Assembly (NCBI GenBank): GCA_963924565.1
Contig: OZ004608.1
Coordinates: 5,518,001-5,582,000 of the forward strand
Length of the DNA: 64,000 nucleotides
Source of the DNA: Ascidiella aspersa
Taxonomy: Eukaryota
Reading direction: 5' to 3'
Positions 12,524 through 23,341 of the stretch are shown here, in pieces. How positions within the stretch are numbered: position 1 is the first letter of the stretch; every line of letters begins with the position of its first letter. Below the pieces are notes generated by a model. It did not search any database. It was not told the DNA's origin and was given only the letters and a program-made list of their open reading frames with translations. The translations under genes and the position numbers were made by a program.

Positions 12524-12546
12524 TGACGTCATATATATATATAAGC
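12524..12546 (+). promoter_or_regulatory. Candidate core promoter: CRE/ATF palindrome fused to a TATA-like (TA)n-AG; related motif before all A/B-type genes
   Basis: TGACGTCA-TATATATATATAAG about 360 bp upstream of the ATG; position conserved across copies (CGACGTCA in B copies). Confidence 0.4.
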
Positions 12547-12896
12547 AGTACGACATCGTATATCGATTCAACAACGCTATACAGCCGAAAGACCATTTGT
12601 TAATACAGCGGTTCTGTATATTTCCAGTTCGACTGACAAAAATCTCGCATAAATCAGCTCAGACTTAACAAATTAGCTCAAAACCGTTCTTAAAAATCCT
12701 GCTTGACGGTTCGAATCCCTGGTTTAAGCTTTGCATTTTCTTAGGCAGAATTGTTTTGCCTAGGTTATTTTAAGTCTTTTCTTGCTGCATTTAGTTGGCT
12801 TTAACTCGCTCTACTATTTTAGTCAAGCAGGAATTTTTCAATTGTTGAAAAAACACCATTTGTTTGTTGATTGCTGCTGTTCCGATAAAGATAATA

Positions 12897-13517
12897 ATGG
12901 AGGAAGTCTGGCATTTCACCTGTTCCGTTGAGGGAATTCAATCGCGATACAAAAACGGAAACGAAGATTTTTACTCGGAGAAGGGAATGGTAGACGGAAC
13001 AATGTGGCATGTGGAGTTTGGGCCGGTTGACGACGACGACGAAAATGACGATTATGATGATAATCAGCTGGCTGGAACTTGTGGGTTGCTGAAGGTCTCA
13101 GACAGCCAGGCCATTCCGACTCATTGGGAAGACGCGAAATGGGCTGTGAAGCGTAATTTTAAAAAAGCTCGCTACATTGAAGAAAGTGAAAGCGAATTCG
13201 TGTCCGAATACAGCGATATAATGATGAAGAACATCGCCTTCACTCTTCGGGGCCAGGAAATGGAAACGCATTGCGGTTATGAAGAATCAAATGGCACTTG
13301 GGAGGTTGTGACGCATAGCGCGGTGACGCATTATGATGTTTCTGGTGAAGGTGTTCACGGTCTAATTACTTCGGCGAATGAAATTACTTTGAACCAAGCT
13401 GCCATCTACTTGGCCAAAACTTTTGGGCCTAGCTTGGTGAGATGGGTTAGCCGTTGCGTTAACCCCGGAGGGTGGAGATACTCTTGGTGGAAATCTTCGC
13501 TTAATAGAACACTTTAA
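12897..13517 (+). CDS. Array gene A1, unknown protein, 206 aa (stop read-through variant)
   Basis: First ATG at 12897; uninterrupted ORF; family TAG changed to TGG, adding 9 aa. Confidence 0.82.
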   Translation: MEEVWHFTCSVEGIQSRYKNGNEDFYSEKGMVDGTMWHVEFGPVDDDDENDDYDDNQLAGTCGLLKVSDSQAIPTHWEDAKWAVKRNFKKARYIEESESEFVSEYSDIMMKNIAFTLRGQEMETHCGYEESNGTWEVVTHSAVTHYDVSGEGVHGLITSANEITLNQAAIYLAKTFGPSLVRWVSRCVNPGGWRYSWWKSSLNRTL

Positions 13518-14326
13518 TTCGCTGATCTTTAATATATACCTTTTAACGCAATATTGAAACACATGCGATTAACAATGTTTATCAGTATTGTTTGTTTCTG
13601 TCTATTGGTTAACAAATAATCTTACCTAATCGTGCTCCTGTAATGATTATTCATATTTTGTCGTTATGTGCTTCTTAAAATACCTAACGAAAGTCATTCT
13701 TCAACGAAATTTCAATATAAAGATAACTGTTCACTTAACGTTTGCATGTTTATTGCCTCGTCTGCGTGCTTTTCTCTTTTCGCAATTGGTTTTCGCATCT
13801 ATAGCTTTTCACCACATACACTATAGCTGTGTATAACCACAAGTATACAAAATCAGGTGATGTTGAATTACCGAACCGAGATAAAGTAAATATTTCATAT
13901 GATGTGTGTGTTTGTTTTTTGTCACATTATATATTCAAGTGTGTATCAATTGTAGCTGCTTAAACAATAAAATTTAATTGTTAAATTATCGTGATTGTAA
14001 ATTTAATTAAAAATATTGTAACTTTATATACGTTAACGCTAATGTAAAATGACGCCATTTAACATGGAATCAGCTAGTCTTAAACTGTGTGCCGTGGAAG
14101 TTTTGTAAGTTTGAAAAATAACTAATGTGTAACACATAGGAAAATAGGCAAGCATGTGAGACTAAATGCAACACTATCCATTACAAAATTAATGATAATT
14201 AGGCTATTGCCTTATATACTATTTGTTAGGGACAGTTGTAACGTGTTTTGCGGGGATTTTGCCGCTAATATTTTAGTGGACTGCAAACCAAGAGGTTTGA
14301 GAATAAAATTGCGTGTCTGCAAATTT

Positions 14327-14913
14327 GGCAACGAAGCGTTGTACTCAGAAACCGGAATGAAGGACGGCGAAATGTGGCAGGTGAATTTTGGCCCAGTCGA
14401 CGTCAATGATGACGATGACAGTAAAGATAACGTAGACGATAACGTAGAGGATGACTTCGATGATGAAGTCGACGATGATGACCAGCTAGCTGGCGTTCGT
14501 AGATTGCTGAGGGTATCTGACCTCCAGGCCATTCCGACTCATTAGGAAAAGGTGGAATGGGCTGTGAAGCGAATTTTCACCGAAACTCGGTACATTAAAG
14601 AAAGTGAAAGCGAATTCGTGTCCAAATACAGCGATACAATGATGAAGAATATTGCCTTTATACTCAGGGGCGAAGGAATAGAAGAGTGCTGGAATGCTGT
14701 AGAGTGTAGACAGTATTGGTGATTTGAAAGTTGTGACGCAATTTCGCGTCAAGACGTATAGAAATTCTGGTAAATGCCAAGGCCTCATCACTTCAACTAG
14801 CGAGGTTACTTTTTATGAAGCTGCAACCTGCTTGGCCAATAAGTTCGGTCCTGATGTTGTGAGATGGTTAGGCCGTTGCACCGATCCTCAAATATGGCAA
14901 GATATCTTGGTAA
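14327..14913 (+). pseudogene. Array pseudogene P1
   Basis: Homology starts at GNE; TGG>TAG after AIPTH; several frameshifts. Confidence 0.88.
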
Positions 14914-17787
14914 AGATATTATGATTGCGCTATTGTGCATAATGTTTCTGCAATAATTATTCGGCGACGTCGATTGTGACTATACAATTTGACGCAATAG
15001 TAAAATACAAACCATATTTAATTTGTACGCTTTTGTATTGGTGTTTGTCTAAAATGTTTAATAAATAATCTTGCATAAGTAATCGTGCTCCTGAAATGAT
15101 TATTTATATTTGTTCGTTATGTGCTTCTTCAAATACTTAAAGAAAACCTTGCTTTTACGAAATTTAAATATAAAGATAACTGTTCACTTAACGTTTGCAT
15201 GTTTATCGCCTCGTCTGCGTGCTTAAGTATTTCTGCAATTGGATTTCGCATCTACAGCTTTTCACCACCTACTTTATAGCTGTGTATAACCACAAGTATA
15301 CAAAATCAGCTGATGTAGAATTACCGAACCGAGATAAAGTAAATAATTTATGAGATATGTGTGTTTGTTTTTTGTCGCATTATATATTCAAGTGTGTATC
15401 AATTGTAGCTGCTTAAACAATAAAATTGACTTGTTAAATCATCGTGATTGTTCTCATTCTGTAAGCTTTGTTTCCGGTCATGTCATAGTCATGTATAGTT
15501 ATAATTATATCGATTCATTGCGATTTATGAGGAAGCCTTGTAAATAGGGAAATTAAACTTAAGCCTCTTGCGTTACGGTGAGAAATTGTAAGAGGAATAT
15601 GGATGCCGATATATCCATTTTACCCATAGCTTCCAAACGTAGCGTGTAAACTAAATATAAAATTGTAACTAAATATAAGGTAACGCTAATGTAAATGACG
15701 TCATTTGACATGGAATAAGTTACTTATTCAGTACATTTTGCCCCAAAACTTGGGTATCAATATCGCAACCCACTACATACTATAAATAAAGGTAACCTCG
15801 CGATTGTTAATTCCATACCTATTTGCAAAAAAACCTACCCCAACAGTAACCCTACAACACATATACACAAGGTCTGTTGTCTGGCGTTCGCATAGCATGT
15901 AGCCATAGACATAAACTTACAGCTGTTAGCTTTGTGAAGCGTTTGCCGCTATTCAATTTATAAATAAATAAATAAATTTAATTCTGCCCCTTTAGATTCC
16001 ACGCTTTTTCTCATAAAGATATTCTTACATAAAGTTATTGAAATCAAAGTAAAATGATATTATAGTTACTGCAATAGTTAAAATTAGTATAGTTTATCTG
16101 TCCTTTTTTGCTCAAACTAGTTACTTCTTATTCAAGCCAATACGAAGTTATTTTTGTCATATTAACCTCCGCCTTACAAAATACCCTTTGACCCCGAGAT
16201 GAATATTTGTTTTATTACACAACGCAAGCATTCTTTCTTACGAGAGCAAGGTTTCGTCGTAAAACAAATAAAAGCTTTAACTATGTTGGTAATTTGCAAC
16301 TACTAGTCGTAAGCGATGGCTTATATAATTGCAATCTAAAAATCAAAAGACATTTAATTGCAATCTAAAAATAAACCGGGGATAAAAAGGATTATTAGAA
16401 GGTTGTTTGAATTTATGCATTTATTGAGAAATTGTCCGACTTTGTATAGGCGTAAATTGCAGACACGCAATTTTATTCTCAAACCTTTGGGTTTGCAGTC
16501 CACTAAATATTAGCGGCAAAATCCCTGCAAAACACGTTACAACTGTCCCTAGCAAACTGTATATAAGGCAATAGCCTAATTATCATTAATTTTGTAGTGG
16601 AATTTATCATTACTTTTTGTAGCACTTTTGTAGTGGAGTGTGCATTTTGGTCGCACGCGTACCCATTTTCCTATTTGTTACACATAAGTTATTTTTTAAA
16701 CTTACAAAACTTTCACGGCACGCAGTTTAAGAATAGCTGACTTTAAATGTCGTTTAACCACGTACTGATAGTAGTTCTTACAATAATTTGTTGGGGGCTT
16801 TTCGAATGTATAATATTGAAATGCTACTGATATAGGGTGTAAGCGAACAGGCGTATTCTGAGAATCACCAAATTCAACAAGTTTCTGCGGGCCACTGTGG
16901 CACTCTCGTACTTTACCACTGCCCCAAGACAAGGTTCTTTTTACCAACTATTACTCTATATTCGTGTATGTCGAACAACTGGAAATTATTTTTCCAAAGT
17001 TTGAGTAATTGAAAAGTAGCGCCAAACTAAATCGAACATTCGCATCTTATGCTTTAGCGCACTTTACTTGGATATAAGCATACTTAACCATATTGCACCT
17101 ACTCGCTATATTTCGACTAACATCAACAATTTCGTAGGTTTTTTGCATGAGATAACTCTCGTGACGTATGATTAAAACTTATAGTTGATTAATAAAAGTT
17201 GTTCTGTGCACTCACATAGTAAAACTAAATTGGTCGAAAACTATTTCGTAAGCCGTGAAATTATTAATTGACTCAACAACTTACACACGAAAGGCTGCAG
17301 AATTCGTAAGCGCTTCTAAAGTAACAATTCGAGTAGTTATAGGTTCAATTAGGATCGCTATAAGGCGGAATCGATTTTTTGTTGGGCAGCGATGTCAGAT
17401 GTTGACACACAGCCGCGACGTCATATATATATATAAGCAATACGACATCGTATATCGATTCAACAACGTTATACAGCCGAAAGACCATTTGTTAATAAAG
17501 CGGTTCTGTATATTTCAGTTCGACTGACAAAAATCTCGCATAAATCAGCTCATATTTGACAAATTAGCTGAAAACCGTTCTTAAAAATCCTGCTTGACGG
17601 TTCGAATCCCTGGTTTAAGCTTTGCATTTTCTTAGGCAGAAATGTTTTGCCTAGGTTATTTTAAGTCTTTTCTGGCTGCATTTATTTGGCTTTAACTCGC
17701 TCTACTATTTTAGTCATGCAGGAATTTTTCAATTGTTGAAAAAACACCATTTATTGGTTGATTGCTGCTGTTCCGATAAAGATAATA

Positions 17788-18381
17788 ATGGAAGAAGTGT
17801 GGCATTTCACCTTTCCTGTTGAGAGGATTCGACCGCAGTACGAAAACGGAAACGAAGATTTTTACTCGGAGAAGGGAATGGTAGACGGACAAATGTGGCA
17901 CGTGGAGTTTGGGCCGGTTGACGACGACGACGAAAATGACGATTATGATGATAATCAGCTGGCTGGAACTTGTGGGTTGCTGAAGGTCTCAGACAGCCAA
18001 CCCATTCCTTCTTACTGGAAAGACGCGAAATGGGCTGTGAAGCGAACTATCACCGGAGCTGAATCGATTGAAAACAGTGAAAGCGAATTCGTGCCCGAAT
18101 ACAGCGATATAATGATGAAGAACATCGCCTTCACCCTTCGGGGCCAAGGAATGGAAGAGTGCTGTAATGTTGAAGCCAGTATTGGCAGATTGCAGGTTGT
18201 TACGCATAGTGAGGTAAAGAAGTATGCTACTACCGGCAAAGGCGTACATGGTCTGATAAGTTCTGCAAATAAGGTTACTATGTACGAAGCTGCAACCTGC
18301 TTGGCCGATAAGTTCGGTTCTGGCGTTGTGAGATGGTTAGGCCGTTGCACCGATCCTGGAAGATGGCAGAATTCCTGGTAG
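17788..18381 (+). CDS. Array gene B1, unknown protein, 197 aa
   Basis: Intact ATG-TAG ORF, MEEVWHFTFPVERIR...PGRWQNSW. Confidence 0.85.
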   Translation: MEEVWHFTFPVERIRPQYENGNEDFYSEKGMVDGQMWHVEFGPVDDDDENDDYDDNQLAGTCGLLKVSDSQPIPSYWKDAKWAVKRTITGAESIENSESEFVPEYSDIMMKNIAFTLRGQGMEECCNVEASIGRLQVVTHSEVKKYATTGKGVHGLISSANKVTMYEAATCLADKFGSGVVRWLGRCTDPGRWQNSW

Positions 18382-19470
18382 CCGTATTAGAATTGTGATA
18401 TTGTGCATAATGTTCAAGCCAATTATTCGGCAACCTTGATTGTGATTATACCACTTTAATGCAATATTAAAACACAAACATTACTAATTTGAACCCTTTG
18501 TATTGCTTCGGTGTTCGCTACAGAAAAGAAAGCAGTAATTTGTTAGTGCACGTTAAAGAGCTTTTATCAATAAATTGAGGCGTTTTTAAAAGGTCATTAT
18601 TATTTGTTGCCAGAGCCGGACCCAGAGTGGCACGAGGTCACGACCCCCCAAACAATATTTTTGCTAATTTTACCACCTACAACCTAAGTGACAAAATAAA
18701 TAGTTTTATAGTTAAAATAAGTTATTCTGGTATTTATTTGTCTTACTTTCAGTAAATTATTCTTGCATAAGAAATCGTGCTCCTGTAATGATTATTCATA
18801 TTTGTTCGGTATGTGCTTCTTCAAATCACCAATGAAAACCTTGCTTTTACGAAATTTAAGTATAAAGATAATGCGCATTCAACGTTTGCATATTTATCGC
18901 CCCGTCTGCGTGCTTTAGTATTTTCGTAATTGGTTTTCGCATCTATAGCTTCTCACCACCTACTTTATAGCTGTGCATAACCACAGGTATACAAAATCAG
19001 GTGATGTAGAATTACCGAACCGAGATAAAGTAAATAAATCATATGATGTGTGTGTTTGTGTTTCGTCGCATTATATATTCAAGTGTGTATCAATTGTAGC
19101 TGCTTAAACAATAAAATTTAATTGTTAAATTATCGTGATTGTAAATTTAATTCAAAAAATTGTAACTTAATATACGTTAACGCTAATGTAAAATGACGCC
19201 ATTTAACATGGAATCAGCTAGTCTTAAACTGTGTGCCGTGGAAGTTTTGTAAGTTTGAAAAATAACTAATGTGTAACACATAGGAAAATAGGCAAGCATG
19301 TGAGACTAAATGCAACACTATCCATTACAAAATTAATGATAATTAGGCTATTGCCTTATATACAGTTTGTTAGGGACAGTGGTAACGTGTTTTGCGGGGA
19401 TTTTGCCGCTAATATTTTAGTGGACTGCAAACCAAAAGGTTTGAGAATAAAATTGCGTGTCTGCAAATTT

Positions 19471-20057
19471 GGCAACGAAGCGTTGTACTCAGAAACCGGA
19501 ATGAAGGACGGCGAAATGTGGCAGGTGAATTTTGGCCCAGTCGACGTTAATGATGACGATGACAGTAAAGATAACGTAGACGATAACGTAGAGGATGACT
19601 TCGATGATGAAGTCGACGATGATGACCAGCTAGCTGGCGTTCGTAGATTGCTGATGATATCTGACCTCCAGGCCATTCCGACTCATTAGGAAGAGGTGGA
19701 ATGGGCTGTGAAGCGAATTTTCACCGAAACTCGGTACATTAAAGAAAATGAAAGCGAATTCGTGTCCAAATACAGCGATACAATGATGAAGAATATTGCC
19801 TTTACACTTAGGGGCGAAGGAATAGAAGAGTTCTGCAATGCTGTAGTGTAGACAGTATTGGTGATTTGAAAGTTGTGACGCAATTTCGCGTCAAGACGTA
19901 TAGAAATTCTGGTAAATGCTTCCACGGCCTCATCACTTCAACTAGCGAGGTTACTTTTCATGAAGCTGCAACCTGCTTGGCCGAAAAGTTCGGTCCTGAT
20001 GTTGTGAGATGGTTAGTCCGTTGCACCGATCCTCAAATATGGCAAGATTCTTGGTAA
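19471..20057 (+). pseudogene. Array pseudogene P2
   Basis: Same 5' truncation and premature TAG as P1; +5 frameshift at ctgtagtgtagac. Confidence 0.88.
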
Positions 20058-22217
20058 AGATATTTTGATTGCGCTATTGTGCATAATGTTTCTGCAATAA
20101 TTATTCGGCGACGTCGATTGTGACTATACAATTTGACGCAATAGTAAAATACAAACCATATTTAATTTGTACGCTTTTGTATTGGTGTTCGCCACAGAAA
20201 AAATGCATCAAATTGAGAGTACACAATGCAACTAAGAGAAGTTTTTGGCAATAAAATGGGGGCGTTTTTAAAATGTCATCAATATTTGTGGCCAGAGCCG
20301 GATCTAGGCACGGGACAATGGCCCCCAAACTATATATTTTGCTAATTTTAACTATACCTAAGTAAAAAAACGAATAGTTTTAGTATGTATAGCCCATTTT
20401 AAGGGTAACTTTGCAGACTTCCTTGAGGTATGACGTCACAAATTTCATCATAACGTGACGTCATAAAACATTTAACCTTAGAAAAGCTGTTTTTCTCTAG
20501 CGCACTATACTACAAATGGAGATATAATACAGTCCAATAGGTTAATGGTATAGCAAAGGTTTAAAATAAAAACTATACGTTACGCATAAAGCACATAAAA
20601 AAGAGTTTTGCATATGTTCCGAAACAAAGGAATTTATCGTACAATTTAGCAAAAAATACGCTTTACGAAGTTTATGACACGATGCAACATACGACGTGAC
20701 ACGATGCAATGACACGATGCAACATACGACGAGCCAAATTCCAAGTGGGCTAAAAAGATTTTCGAAAAATGGACGAAAACGTTGTAACATGGATAGATGC
20801 TTGCCAAACGTTTTTGTAATACCGTGGTAAAAGTAAAAATATATAAGAATCTATTTTGTGGGCATGGCCCTATGGCTCCACCTCTCTTGATTAGCGCCAG
20901 ACACTTTCAAAGGACTCGTGTGAAGTTTCAAAGTGCTTAGTGTTCAATCGCTTTAAATATGCCGTATTCAACACCGGCAACCAATAAACAACTATTTTAA
21001 ATCAGGTGAAGTTGCTACGTAACATCACGTGACTGCTCTTAAAACCGCCTATTGGCTGGAATAGGCGTCATTTCGAAGGTCACGCGTACCTCGTGCCACT
21101 TGATAACGTTAAAGAGAACGCTGACTATAAAGAAGGGCACACTCAATAAGACCTACAAGGCAACAATATCTAAAGCGGAATAGTCTTTAAAACCGTAGTT
21201 TTACGACCAACGACATAATAAAGCCAAATACAAAGTAATATCCATGACAGAATAATATCTAAATCGTCTAAAATTCCAACTGTCAAACATCTCCCAACCG
21301 ACAATTAAACCGCCACTGTGGTATCTTTTCACAACTAGGAAGACAATACCCTAGTAACCTGGTCATACAAGCACTTCTAGAAGGCAATTTTATATGTCGT
21401 CCACATTCCCAATGTTTCGAGACATTCCTATTCCCTAACATTTATCGCTTTGACACGATTGTTGTCCTTAAATTAAGCTCTACCCATAACTGATTTTTTA
21501 AATACGTCAAGGGTCGAACAAAAAATCATCTAACAACCATCTATAGTAGCGCACGTATAATTGGCGGAAGCGAATGATCCTTATAATAATGTTTTTGTGC
21601 AAATAAAAACAAAATGCTGCGCCAAAGTTTTGGTAATTGTTTCGAGAAAGTCGTTTCTGAGGACCACTTGGCAAACATGTCACTATGCAAATTCAGTAAC
21701 CAGATTTTACTCCGCATTTGTCCAAAGATACAGCGTCATATATCTGCTGACAATTAACTCATTAATATCTGCAGAGGTGGCCCTGAAATTATGTTGCGTA
21801 TGCATAGACGCGTTTCCTGTAGGTGTATGCAAGTATAATTACGTTAAGTAAGAACACTAGCCCTATTCTATATACTGGTTTACGTTTAATCATATGAATT
21901 TGATAGTCATTTATTTTTTTGTATTAAAGTAGATTATAGTCTCTGCGTGCGCACCAGGCATAGACGTGTTTGCTGTACGTTAATAAATAGATAATACATG
22001 TGACGTATCTATTTTTTGTTTGTATCATATTCTGGTTTTCTAAACGATATTGTTCGAGTTTCTTAGGACTCATGCAGCTATTACCTTATGAAATCGTGGT
22101 AAAATATTACTAAATATGGTGTAATAGGGACAATTAGTGTGTGTTTTCGCAGTTGAAACAGTTTGTCTAGACTTTTCTGTCTTGGTAATAGGAAGTCATT
22201 TGTAAGTTCCACTGGTT

Positions 22218-22346
22218 CATGAAGTATATTTCGCCACAAAACACGGCATCATCAGTCTCTTAATGAAATACAATTTATTTGAAATTTATAGCTTCTATTC
22301 GAATAAGAGACTGTTGTCTTATTTTGTTGCGAAATATATTTCTCTT
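22218..22346. repeat. Inverted pair of degenerate hammerhead/pseudo-LTR motifs upstream of C/D-type genes (also ~31922, ~47808, ~56253)
   Basis: tatatttcgcca..cacggcatcatcagtctct matches the 6671-6710 motif; a decayed plus-strand partner aagagactg...gcgaaatatatttctctt follows. Confidence 0.6.
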
Positions 22347-22747
22347 TTAAGCGATTAAAACTTATAAATGACTGACGTTGACCAAGACAGGAAAGTCTAC
22401 TCTAAAGAAGAGTTGCTTCCATTTGAAGTCGTCATTTAATTGTAAGGGCGACGAGACATCTTCATATTTTACACAATCAGTTTGCCATTGATACAGTTAT
22501 GGTTGCCTTTAAAACGAGGTAAAGCGCTTAGCAATGTCAAAACAGGGCCCCATTCGGTTTAAATACCTGGTTTAAGCTTTGCGTGTTCTTATAGTCACAA
22601 TCTTTTTACCTGAATTATTTACGTATTTTCTTGCTGCATTTATTTGGCTTTAACTCGCTCCACTATTTTGGTCAGACAGGTATTTTCCAATTGTTTGAAA
22701 AAAACAGCTTTTATTGATTGTTTGCTGCTGTTCCGATAAAGATAAAA

Positions 22748-23341
22748 ATGGAGAAAATGTGGCATTTTACCTTTCCTGTTCAGAGGATTCTACGGCGATA
22801 CGAAAACGGAAACGAAGAATTGTACTCGAAATGCGGGATGCTAGACGGAACAATGTGGTACGTGGAGTTTGGGCCGGTTGCCAGTGATACCCACCTGGCT
22901 GGAAATTGTGGATTGCTGAAGGTGTCAGCCAACCCGAACGGCCAACCCGAACCCATTCCGTCTTGTTGGAATGAAGTGGATTGTGCTCTTAAGAGAATAT
23001 TCACAGAAGCTCACGACACGGAAAATAAAGTAGTTGCATTCCGATCTGAATACAGCCCTACAATGAAGAAGAATATTGCCTTCACACTTCGGGGCCAGGG
23101 AATGGAAAAGTTCTGCGGTCGTGAAGAAACATATGTAGGATCAAATGGCTCTTGGGAGGTTGAGACGCATGGCGCGGTGACGCATTATGATTATTCTGGT
23201 AAAGGTGTTCACGGTCTAATTACTTCGGCGAATGGAATCGATTTGAACGAAGCTGCCAGCTACTTGACCAGCAAGTTCCCTGGCTTGGTGAGATGGGTTA
23301 GCCGTTGCGTTAACCCCGAAGGGTGGCAATACTCTTGGTAG
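22748..23341 (+). CDS. Array gene C1, unknown protein, 197 aa
   Basis: Intact ORF MEKMWHFTFPVQRIL...PEGWQYSW. Confidence 0.85.
   Translation: MEKMWHFTFPVQRILRRYENGNEELYSKCGMLDGTMWYVEFGPVASDTHLAGNCGLLKVSANPNGQPEPIPSCWNEVDCALKRIFTEAHDTENKVVAFRSEYSPTMKKNIAFTLRGQGMEKFCGREETYVGSNGSWEVETHGAVTHYDYSGKGVHGLITSANGIDLNEAASYLTSKFPGLVRWVSRCVNPEGWQYSW

Larger units (their letters stand above)
15050..22747 (+). repeat. ~7.7-kb spacer-B-P-spacer block; further copies at ~49060-56780 and ~57485-64000
   Basis: B1/B2 and P2/P5 offset 34036; B2/B3 and P5/P6 offset 8415. Confidence 0.85.

Noticed and set aside
12660-12745. Functional tRNA gene
   Set aside because: A B-box is present but no acceptor, D or anticodon stems can be formed
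12864-12896. TTG/CTG-type upstream starts given in the ORF track
   Set aside because: Eukaryotic context; a conserved ATG in good context (ataATGG/aaaATGG) lies 10-11 codons downstream in every copy
14212-14532. Minus-strand Ser-rich ORFs and other antisense ORFs over the array genes
   Set aside because: Shadows of GAY-rich and other sense codons; no independent support
14156-14545. ORFs MRLNATLS.../MIIRLLPY... before each pseudogene
   Set aside because: The N-terminal part is reverse-complement MITE sequence fused to a gene remnant that ends at a premature stop
16946-16954. AACTATTAC fits the CRESS-virus origin nonamer NANTATTAC and sits at the recurrent breakpoint
   Set aside because: No flanking stem-loop, junctions are not at the TATT/AC nick position, and the motif is likely by chance in AT-rich DNA
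15350-17527. Recurrent short spacer ORFs (MRYVCLFF..., MTWNKLL..., MVKRTLSW..., MKLLIDST...)
   Set aside because: They recur only because the spacers are duplicated; frames break between copies and no motifs are recognisable
20292-20900. Possible MITE starting ccagagccggatctagg, similar to the end motif ggatccgccactg near 1130-1142
   Set aside because: The right terminus and TSD are too degenerate to define boundaries
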